Source: Auanema rhodensis (taxonomy: Eukaryota; Animalia; Nematoda). Taken from it: 64,000 nucleotides of DNA. The notes beneath the pieces are model-generated. The model ran no database searches. It saw only the letters and a program-made list of their open reading frames with translations, and was not told the DNA's origin. Shown here in pieces: positions 1 to 10,200 of this stretch. The position numbers and the translations under genes are program-made. Each line of letters starts with the position of its first letter. Positions within the stretch are counted from its first letter, which is position 1. Location of the stretch: positions 21,824,001 through 21,888,000 of the forward strand of contig OZ059895.1 of assembly GCA_964057225.1 (NCBI GenBank), written 5' to 3'.

Positions 1-180
1 TATCAACTGATATATGTTCACACTTACATCCTCGATTTTCACCCTGAAGAATTAATTTTTTCGTTGAATAACATTGTCCATCGTCTTTGCCTTGAAAGAA
101 AGAATCTGAAAACATCTACTTTTTGCTAAATTATTTTGAAATTTTCCGAAAAAATTTTTGTCAAAATGTTTTTGGAAGCA

Positions 181-208
181 ATGTTGAGTGTACATGGAAA
201 CTCAACAT
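181..208. other. Perfect 9-bp inverted repeat with 10-nt loop (m181-208), present in nearly every monomer
   Basis: ATGTTGAGT (181-189) - GTACATGGAA - ACTCAACAT (200-208). Confidence 0.9.
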
Positions 209-251
209 ACACTAATGCATCATTTTTCAAACGATCATAACTAATTTTTGT

Positions 252-268
252 ATTGAGCGTTTCTCAAT
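252..268. other. 6-bp inverted repeat (m252-268), polymorphic between monomers
   Basis: ATTGAG-CGTTT-CTCAAT. It is perfect only in monomers carrying m255G with m267A. Confidence 0.7.
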
Positions 269-291
269 GTAGTATAGTGCATTCGATGCGG

Positions 292-342
292 ATTTTTAAG
301 CTGCGTCGATCTGTGTTATCAGATTTGCGCTAGCTTAAAAAT
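292..342. other. Long imperfect inverted repeat / hairpin (m292-342), present in every monomer
   Basis: ATTTTTAAGCT (292-302) is the exact reverse complement of AGCTTAAAAAT (332-342). The stem continues inward with GCG 303-305/CGC 328-330 and ATCTG 309-313/CAGAT 320-324 around a TGTTAT loop. Confidence 0.9.
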
Positions 343-359
343 GCACCGAGATATCAACT

Positions 360-381
360 GATATAAGTTCACACTTATATC
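360..381. other. Perfect 9-bp inverted repeat with 4-nt loop (m9-30) in consensus monomers
   Basis: GATATAAGT (360-368) - TCAC - ACTTATATC (373-381). It overlaps a second dyad, ATATCA-AC-TGATAT (351-364). Confidence 0.9.
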
Positions 382-483
382 CTCGATTTTCACCCTGAAG
401 AATTAATTTTTTCGTTGAATAACATTGTCCATCGTCTTTGCCTTGAAAAAAAAAATCTGAAAACATCTACTTTTTGCTAAATT

Positions 484-518
484 ATTTTGAAATTTTTCGA
501 AAAAATTTTTGTCAAAAT
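484..518. other. A/T-tract quasi-palindrome centred on TTCGAA (m133-167)
   Basis: Perfect 12-bp palindrome TTTTTCGAAAAA (493-504) flanked by the inverted pair ATTTTGA (484-490) / TCAAAAT (512-518). Confidence 0.85.
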
Positions 519-2456
519 GTTTTTGGAAGCAATGTTGAGTGTACATGGAAACTCAACATACACTAATGCATCATTTTTCAAACGATCATAACTAATTTTT
601 GTATTAAGCGTTTCTCAATGTAGTATAGTGCATTCGATGCGAATTTTTAAGCTGCGTCGATCTGTGTTATCAGATTTGCGCTAGCTTAAAAATGCACCGA
701 GATATCAACTGATATAAGTTCACACTTATATCCTCGATTTTCACCCTGAAGAATTAATTTTTTCGTTGAATAACATTGTCCATCGTCTTTGCCTTGAAAA
801 AAGGAATCTGAAAACATCTACTTTTTGCTAAATTATTTTGAAATTTTTCGAAAAAATTTTTGTCAAAATGTTTTTGGAAGCAATGTTGAGTGTACATGGA
901 AACTCAACATACACTAATGCATCATTTTTCAAACGATCATAACTAATTTTTGTATTGAGCGTTTTTCAATGTAGAATAGTGCATTCGATGCGGATTTTTA
1001 AGCTGCGTCGGTCTGTGTTATCAGATTTGCGCTAGCTTAAAAATGCACCGAGATATCAACTGATATATGTTCACACTTACATCCTCGATTTTCACCCTGA
1101 AGAATTAATTTTTTCGTTGAATAACATTGTCCATCGTCTTTGCCTTGAAAGAAAGAATCTGAAAACATCTACTTTTTGCTAAATTATTTTGAAATTTTCC
1201 GAAAAAATTTTTGTCAAAATGTTTTTGGAAGCAATGTTGAGTGTACATGGAAACTCAACATACACTAATGCATCATTTTTCAAACGATCATAACTAATTT
1301 TTGTATTGAGCGTTTCTCAATGTAGTATAGTGCATTCGATGCGGATTTTTAAGCTGCGTCGATCTGTGTTATCAGATTTGCGCTAGCTTAAAAATGCACC
1401 GAGATATCAACTGATATAAGTTCACACTTATATCCTCGATTTTCACCCTGAAGAATTAATTTTTTCGTTGAATAACATTGTCCATCGTCTTTGCCTTGAA
1501 AAAAAAAATCTGAAAACATCTACTTTTTGCTAAATTATTTTGAAATTTTTCGAAAAAATTTTTGTCAAAATGTTTTTGGAAGCAATGTTGAGTGTACATG
1601 GAAACTCAACATACACTAATGCATCATTTTTCAAACGATCAAAACTAATTTTTGTATTAAGCGTTTCTCAATGTAGTATAGTGCATTCGATGCGAATTTT
1701 TAAGCTGCGTCGATCTGTGTTATCAGATTTGCGCTAGCTTAAAAATGCACCGAGATATCAACTGATATAAGTTCACACTTATATCCTCGATTTTCACCCT
1801 GAAGAATTAATTTTTTCGTTGAATAACATTGTCCATCGTCTTTGCCTTGAAAAAAGGAATCTGAAAACATCTACTTTTTGCTAAATTATTTTGAAATTTT
1901 TCGAAAAAATTTTTGTCAAAATGTTTTTGGAAGCAATGTTGAGTGTACATGGAAACTCAACATACACTAATGCATCATTTTTCAAACGATCATAACTAAT
2001 TTTTGTATTAAGCGTTTCTCAATGTAGTATAGTGCATTCGATGCGGATTTTTAAGCTGCATCGATCTGTGTTATCAGATTTGCGCTAGCTAAAAAATGCA
2101 CCGAGATATCAACTGATATAAGTTCACACTTATATCCTCGATTTTCACCCTGAAGAATTAATTTTTTCGTTGAATAACAATGTCCATCGTCTTTGCCTTA
2201 AAAAAGGTATCTAAAAACATCTACTTTTTGCTAAATTATTTTGAAATTTTTCGAAAAAATTTTTGTCAAAATGTTTTTGGAAGCAATGTTGAGTGTACAT
2301 GGAAACTCAACATACACTAATGCATCATTTTTCAAACGATCATAACTAATTTTTGTATTGAGCGTTTCTCAATGTCGAATAGTGCATTCGATGCGGATAT
2401 TTAAGCTGCATCGATCTGTGTTATCAGATTTGCGCTAGCTTAAAAATGCACCGAGA

Positions 2457-5400
2457 TATCAACTGATATAAGTTCACACTTATATCCTCGATTTTCACCC
2501 TGAAGAATTAATTTTTTCGTTGAATAACAATGTCCATCGTCTTTGCCTTAAAAAAAGGTATCTAAAAACATCTACTTTCTGCTAAATTATTTTGAAATTT
2601 TTCGAAAAAATTTTTGTCAAAATGTTTTTGGAAGCAATGTTGAGTGTACATGGAAACTCAACATACACTAATGCATCATTTTTCAAACGATCATAACTAA
2701 TTTTTGTATTAAGCGTTTCTCAATGTAGTATAGTGCATTCGATGCGGATTTTTAAGCTGCGTCGATCTGTTTTATCAGATTTGCGCTAGCTTAAAAATGC
2801 ACCGAGATATCAACTGATATAAGTTCACACTTATATCCTCGATTTTCACCCTGAAGAATTAATTTTTTCGTTGAATAACAATGTCCATCGTCTTCGCCTT
2901 GAAAAAAGGAATCTAAAAACATCTACTTTTCACTAAATTATTTTGAAATTTTTCGAAAAAATTTTTGTCAAAATGTTTTTGGAAGCAATGTTGAGTGTAC
3001 ATGGAAACTCAACATACACTAATGCATCATTTTTCAAACGATCATAACTAATTTTTGTATTGAGCGTTTCTCAATGTAGAATAGTGCATTCGATGCGGAT
3101 TTTTAAGCTGCGTCGGTCTGTGTTATCAGATTTGCGCTAGCTTAAAAATGCACCGAGATATCAACTGATATATGTTCACACTTACATCCTCGATTTTCAC
3201 CCTGAAGAATTAATTTTTTCGTTGAATAACATTGTCCATCGTCTTTGCCTTGAAAGAAAGAATCTGAAAACATCTACTTTTTGCTAAATTATTTTGAAAT
3301 TTTTCGAAAAAATTTTTGTCAAAATGTTTTTGGAAGCAATGTTGAGTGTACATGGAAACTCAACATACACTAATGCATCATTTTTCAAACGATCATAACT
3401 AATTTTTGTATTGAGCGTTTCTCAATGTAGTATAGTGCATTCGATGCGGATTTTTAAGCTGCGTCGATCTGTGTTATCAGATTTGCGCTAGCTTAAAAAT
3501 GCACCGAGATATCAACTGATATAAGTTCACACTTATATCCTCGATTTTCACCCTGAAGAATTAATTTTTTCGTTGAATAACATTGTCCATCGTCTTTGCC
3601 TTGAAAAAAGAAATCTAAAAACATCTACTTTTTGCTAAATTATTTTGAAATTTTTCGAAAAAATTTTTGTCAAAATGTTTTTGGAAGCAATGTTGAGTGT
3701 ACATGGAAACTCAACATACACTAATGCATCATTTTTCAAACGATCATAACTAATTTTTGTATTAAGCGTTTCTCAATGTAGTATAGTGCATTCGATGCGG
3801 ATTTTTAAGCTGCGTCGATCTGTTTTATCAGATTTGCGCTAGCTTAAAAATGCACCGAGATATCAACTGATATAAGTTCACACTTATATCCTCGATTTTC
3901 ACCCTGAAGAATTAATTTTTTCGTTGAATAACAATGTCCATCGTCTTTGCCTTAAAAAAAGGTATCTAAAAACATCTACTTTCTGCTAAATTATTTTGAA
4001 ATTTTTCGAAAAAATTTTTGTCAAAATGTTTTTGGAAGCAATGTTGAGTGTACATGGAAACTCAACATACACTAATGCATCATTTTTCAAACGATCATAA
4101 CTAATTTTTGTATTAAGCGTTTCTCAATGTAGTATAGTGCATTCGATGCGGATTTTTAAGCTGCGTCGATCTGTTTTATCAGATTTGCGCTAGCTTAAAA
4201 ATGCACCGAGATATCAACTGATATAAGTTCACACTTATATCCTCGATTTTCACCCTGAAGAATTAATTTTTTCGTTGAATAACAATGTCCATCGTCTTCG
4301 CCCTGAAAAAAGGAATCTAAAAACATCTACTTTTTACTAAATTATTTTGAAATTTTTCGAAAAAATTTTTGTCAAAATGTTTTTGGAAGCAATGTTGAGT
4401 GTACATGGAAACTCAACATACACTAATGCATCATTTTTCAAACGATCATAACTAATTTTTGTATTGAGCGTTTCTCAATGTAGAATAGTGCATTCGATGC
4501 GGATTTTTAAGCTGCGTCGGTCTGTGTTATCAGATTTGCGCTAGCTTAAAAATGCACCGAGATATCAACTGATATATGTTCACACTTACATCCTCGATTT
4601 TCACCCTGAAGAATTAATTTTTTCGTTGAATAACATTGTCCATCGTCTTTGCCTTGAAAAAAGAAATCTAAAAACATCTACTTTTTGCTAAATTATTTTG
4701 AAATTTTTCGAAAAAATTTTTGTCAAAATGTTTTTGGAAGCAATGTTGAGTGTACATGGAAACTCAACATACACTAATGCATCATTTTTCAAACGATCAT
4801 AACTAATTTTTGTATTAAGCGTTTCTCAATGTAGTATAGTGCATTCGATGCGGATTTTTAAGCTGCGTCGATCTGTTTTATCAGATTTGCGCTAGCTTAA
4901 AAATGCACCGAGATATCAACTGATATAAGTTCACACTTATATCCTCGATTTTCACCCTGAAGAATTAATTTTTTCGTTGAATAACAATGTCCATCGTCTT
5001 TGCCTTAAAAAAAGGTATCTAAAAACATCTACTTTCTGCTAAATTATTTTGAAATTTTTCGAAAAAATTTTTGTCAAAATGTTTTTGGAAGCAATGTTGA
5101 GTGTACATGGAAACTCAACATACACTAATGCATCATTTTTCAAACGATCATAACTAATTTTTGTATTAAGCGTTTCTCAATGTAGTATAGTGCATTCGAT
5201 GCGGATTTTTAAGCTGCGTCGATCTGTTTTATCAGATTTGCGCTAGCTTAAAAATGCACCGAGATATCAACTGATATAAGTTCACACTTATATCCTCGAT
5301 TTTCACCCTGAAGAATTAATTTTTTCGTTGAATAACAATGTCCATCGTCTTCGCCCTGAAAAAAGGAATCTAAAAACATCTACTTTTTACTAAATTATTT

Positions 5401-6700
5401 TGAAATTTTTCGAAAAAATTTTTGTCAAAATGTTTTTGGAAGCAATGTTGAGTGTACATGGAAACTCAACATACACTAATGCATCATTTTTCAAACGATC
5501 ATAACTAATTTTTGTATTGAGCGTTTCTCAATGTAGAATAGTGCATTCGATGCGGATTTTTAAGCTGCGTCGGTCTGTGTTATCAGATTTGCGCTAGCTT
5601 AAAAATGCACCGAGATATCAACTGATATATGTTCACACTTACATCCTCGATTTTCACCCTGAAGAATTAATTTTTTCGTTGAATAACATTGTCCATCGTC
5701 TTTGCCTTGAAAGAAAGAATCTGAAAACATCTACTTTTTGCTAAATTATTTTGAAATTTTTCGAAAAAATTTTTGTCAAAATGTTTTTGGAAGCAATGTT
5801 GAGTGTACATGGAAACTCAACATACACTAATGCATCATTTTTCAAACGATCATAACTAATTTTTGTATTGAGCGTTTCTCAATGTAGTATAGTGCATTCG
5901 ATGCGGATTTTTAAGCTGCGTCGATCTGTGTTATCAGATTTGCGCTAGCTTAAAAATGCACCGAGATATCAACTGATATAAGTTCACACTTATATCCTCG
6001 ATTTTCACCCTGAAGAATTAATTTTTTCGTTGAATAACATTGTCCATCGTCTTTGCCTTGAAAAAAGAAATCTAAAAACATCTACTTTTTGCTAAATTAT
6101 TTTGAAATTTTTCGAAAAAATTTTTGTCAAAATGTTTTTGGAAGCAATGTTGAGTGTACATGGAAACTCAACATACACTAATGCATCATTTTTCAAACGA
6201 TCATAACTAATTTTTGTATTAAGCGTTTCTCAATGTAGTATAGTGCATTCGATGCGGATTTTTAAGCTGCGTCGATCTGTTTTATCAGATTTGCGCTAGC
6301 TTAAAAATGCACCGAGATATCAACTGATATAAGTTCACACTTATATCCTCGATTTTCACCCTGAAGAATTAATTTTTTCGTTGAATAACAATGTCCATCG
6401 TCTTCGCCTTGAAAAAAGGAATCTAAAAACATCTACTTTTTACTAAATTATTTTGAAATTTTTCGAAAAAATTTTTGTCAAAATGTTTTTGGAAGCAATG
6501 TTGAGTGTACATGGAAACTCAACATACACTAATGCATCATTTTTCAAACGATCATAACTAATTTTTGTATTGAGCGTTTTTCAATGTAGAATAGTGCATT
6601 CGATGCGGATTTTTAAGCTGCGTCGGTCTGTGTTATCAGATTTGCGCTAGCTTAAAAATGCACCGAGATATCAACTGATATATGTTCACACTTACATCCT
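2457..6700. repeat. Irregular 3-4-monomer higher-order repeat domain
   Basis: The m15T+m27C monomer starts at 3159, 4563, 5616 and 6669 (gaps of 4, 3, 3 monomers). TCGCCCTGA occurs at 4303 and 5356 (+1053). ATCTGTTTTA and ACTTTCTGC variants are confined to this zone. Confidence 0.8.
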
Positions 6701-7239
6701 CGATTTTCACCCTGAAGAATTAATTTTTTCGTTGAATAACAATGTCCATCGTCTTTGCCTTGAAAAAAGGAATCTAAAAACATCTACTTTTTGCTAAATT
6801 ATTTTGAAATTTTTCGAAAAAATTTTTGTCAAAATGTTTTTGGAAGCAATGTTGAGTGTACATGGAAACTCAACATACACTAACGCATCATTTTTCAAAC
6901 GATCATAACTAATTTTTGTATTAAGCGTTTCTCAATGTAGTATAGTGCATTCGATGCGGATTTTTAAGCTGCGTCGATCTGTGTTATCAGATTTGCGCTA
7001 GCTTAAAAATGCACCGAGATATCAACTGATATAAGTTCACACTTATATCCTCGATTTTCACCCTGAAGAATTAATTTTTTCGTTGAATAACAATGTCCAT
7101 CGTCTTTGCCTTGAAAAAAGGAATCTAAAAACATCTACTTTTTGCTAAATTAATTTGAAATTTTTCGAAAAAATTTTTGTCAAAATGTTTTTGGAAGCAA
7201 TGTTGAGTGTACATGGAAACTCAACATACACTAACGCAT

Positions 7240-10200
7240 CATTTTACAAACGATCATAACTAATTTTTGTATTAAGCGTTTCTCAATGTAGTACAGTGCA
7301 TTCGATGCGGATTTTTAAGCTGCGTCGATCTGTGTTATCAGATTTGCGCTAGCTTAAAAATGCACCGAGATATCAACTGATATAAGTTCACACTTACATC
7401 CTCGATTTTCACCCTGAAGAATTAATTTTTTCGTTGAATAACATTGTCCATCGTCTTTGCCGTGAAAAAAGGAATCTAAAAACATCTACTTTTTGCTAAA
7501 TTATTTTGAAATTTTTCGAAAAAATTTTTGTCAAAATGTTTTTGGAAGCAATGTTGAGTGTACATGGAAACTCAACATACACTAATGCATCATTTTTCAA
7601 ACGATCATAACTAATTTTTGTATTGAGCGTTTCTCAATGTCGAATAGTGCATTCGATGCGGATATTCAAGCTGCATCGATCTGTGTTATCAGATTTGCGC
7701 TAGCTTAAAAATGCACCGAGATATCAACTGATATAAGTTCACACTTATATCCTCGATTTTCACCCTGAAGAATTAATTTTTTCGTTGAATAACAATGTCC
7801 ATCGTCTTTGCCTTAAAAAAAGGTATCTAAAAACATCTACTTTTTGCTAAATTATTTTGAAATTTTTCGAAAAAATTTTTGTCAAAATGTTTTTGGAAGC
7901 AATGTTGAGTGTACATGGAAACTCAACATACACTAATGCATCATTTTTCAAACGATCATAACTAATTTTTGTATTGAGCGTTTCTCAATGTAGTATAGTG
8001 CATTCGATGCGGATTTTTAAGCTGCGTCGATCTGTGTTATCAGATTTGCGCTAGCTTAAAAATGCACCGAGATATCAACTGATATAAGTTCACACTTATA
8101 TCCTCGATTTTCACCCTGAAGAATTAATTTTTTCGTTGAATAACATTGTCCATCGTCTTTGCCTTGAAAAAAGAAATCTAAAAACATCTACTTTTTGCTA
8201 AATTATTTTGAAATTTTTCGAAAAAATTTTTGTCAAAATGTTTTTGGAAGCAATGTTGAGTGTACATGGAAACTCAACATACACTAATGCATCATTTTTC
8301 AAACGATCATAACTAATTTTTGTATTGAGCGTTTTCCATTGTAGTATAGTGCATTCGATGCGGATTTTTGAGCTGCGTCGATCTGTGTTATCAGATTTGC
8401 GCTAGCTTAAAAATGCACCGAGATATCAACTGATATAAGTTCACACTTATATCCTCGATTTTCACCCTGAAGAATTAATTTTTTCGTTGAATAACAATGT
8501 CCATCGTCTTTGCCTTGAAAAAAGGAATCTAAAAACATCTACTTTTTGCTAAATTATTTTGAAATTTTTCGAAAAAATTTTTGTCAAAATGTTTTTGGAA
8601 GCAATGTTGAGTGTACATGGAAACTCAACATACACTAACGCATCATTTTTCAAACGATCATAACTAATTTTTGTATTAAGCGTTTCTCAATGTAGTACAG
8701 TGCATTCGATGCGGATTTTTAAGCTGCGTCGATCTGTGTTATCAGATTTGCGCTAGCTTAAAAATGCACCGAGATATCAATTGATATAAGTTCACACTTA
8801 TATCCTCGATTTTCACCCTGAAGAATTAATTTTTTCGTTGAATAACAATGTCCATCGTCTTTGCCTTGAAAAAAGGAATCTGAAAACATCTACTTTTTGC
8901 TAAATTATTTTGAAATTTTTCGAAAAAATTTTTGTCAAAATGTTTTTGGAAGCAATGTTGAGTGTACATGGAAACTCAACATACACTAACGCATCATTTT
9001 TCAAACGATCATAACTAATTTTTGTATTAAGCGTTTCTCAATGTAGTACAGTGCATTCGATGCGGATTTTTAAGCTGCGTCGATCTGTGTTATCAGATTT
9101 GCGCTAGCTTAAAAATGCACCGAGATATCAACTGATATAAGTTCACACTTACATCCTCGATTTTCACCCTGAAGAATTAATTTTTTCGTTGAATAACAAT
9201 GTCCATCGTCTTTGCCTTGAAAAAAGGAATCTAAAAACATCTACTTTTTGCTGAATTATTTTGAAATTTTTCGAAAAAATTTTTGTCAAAATGTTTTTGG
9301 AAGCAATGTTGAGTGTACATGGAAACTCAACATACACTAACGCATCATTTTTCAAACGATCATAACTAATTTTTGTATTGAGCGTTTCTCATTGTAGTAT
9401 AGTGCATTCGATGCGGATTTTTGAGCTGCGTCGATCTGTGTTATCAGATTTGCGCTAGCTTAAAAATGCACCGAGATATCAACTGATATAAGTTCACACT
9501 TATATCCTCGATTTTCACCCTGAAGAATTAATTTCTTCGTTGAATAACAATGTCCATCGTCTTTGCCTTGAAAAAAGGAATCTAAAAACATCTACTTTTT
9601 GCTAAATTATTTTGAAATTTTTCGAAAAAATTTTTGTCAAAATGTTTTTGGAAGCAATGTTGAGTGTACATGGAAACTCAACATACACTAATGCATCATT
9701 TTTCAAACGATCATAACTAATTTTTGTATTGAGCGTTTTTCATTGTAGTATAGTGCATTCGATGCGGATTTTTGAGCTGCGTCGATCTGTGTTATCAGAT
9801 TTGCGCTAGCTTAAAAATGCACCGAGATATCAACTGATATAAGTTCACACTTATATCCTCGATTTTCACCCTGAAGAATTAATTTTTTCGTTGAATAACA
9901 ATGTCCATCGTCTTTGCCTTGAAAAAAGGAATCTAAAAACATCTACTTTTTGCTAAATTATTTTGAAATTTTTCGAAAAAATTTTTGTCAAAATGTTTTT
10001 GGAAGCAATGTTGAGTGTACATGGAAACTCAACATACACTAACGCATCATTTTTCAAACGATCATAACTAATTTTTGTATTAAGCGTTTCTCAATGTAGT
10101 ATAGTGCATTCGATGCGGATTTTTAAGCTGCGTCGATCTGTGTTATCAGATTTGCGCTAGCTTAAAAATGCACCGAGATATCAACTGATATAAGTTCACA

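Larger units (their letters stand above)
352..702. repeat. Representative 351-bp monomer (near consensus)
   Basis: Runs from TATCAACTGATATAAGTTCACAC to AAAAATGCACCGAGA. About 31% GC with many A/T tracts. One EcoRV site (GATATC, across the monomer junction) and one each of BstBI (TTCGAA), BsrGI (TGTACA) and NheI (GCTAGC) per consensus monomer. Confidence 0.99.
1..2000. repeat. Local 3-monomer (1053-bp) duplication
   Basis: Private variants repeat at +1053: TTTTCCGAA (146, 1199), ATGCGAATT (642, 1695), TATATGTT...CTTACATC (15/27, 1068/1080). Boundaries are approximate. Confidence 0.85.

Noticed and set aside
59-75. CENP-B box-like motif TTTCGTTGAATAACATT
   Set aside because: It matches the TTCG and A of NTTCGNNNNANNCGGGN but lacks the essential CGGG; only 9 of 17 identical to CTTCGTTGGAAACGGGA.
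44-110. Hammerhead ribozyme (CTGAAGA at m44-50 matches CUGANGA; some ~330-bp satellites such as newt satellite 2 and schistosome Sm-alpha encode one)
   Set aside because: No stem II can be closed between m51 and any downstream GAAA (m94, m138, m148, m197), and there is no stem I/III partner with an NUH site. An Infernal search with Rfam hammerhead models on a dimer would settle it.
181-227. Rho-independent terminators at the hairpins
   Set aside because: The stems are AT-rich and not directly followed by a U-tract, there are no upstream genes, and the context is a satellite array.
309-334. Helitron-like 3' end (hairpin followed by CTAG at 330-333) or MITE terminal inverted repeats
   Set aside because: CTAG is followed by C rather than the T of an A/T insertion site, the hairpin is weak and too close, and the inverted repeats are internal with no target-site duplications.
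1-351. Assignment to a named satellite (Drosophila 1.688/359-bp, Tribolium or Pimelia 340-360-bp families, alpha satellite)
   Set aside because: Only length and AT content are similar. I recognise no diagnostic sequence, so no name is given without a database search.
331-381. tRNA/SINE-like Pol III A box (TAGCTTAAAAATG) and B box (GTTCACAC)
   Set aside because: Both deviate from consensus, the would-be T-loop is 6 nt rather than 7, and no acceptor or anticodon stems form. There is also no similarity to 5S rRNA, spliced-leader or snRNA repeat units that I can recognise.
1540-1737. ORF + 65 aa (MKFFEKIF...)
   Set aside because: Satellite sequence. It opens only because a singleton T>A near 1642 removes the TAA at m238, it begins at TTG, and it is closed in the other copies.
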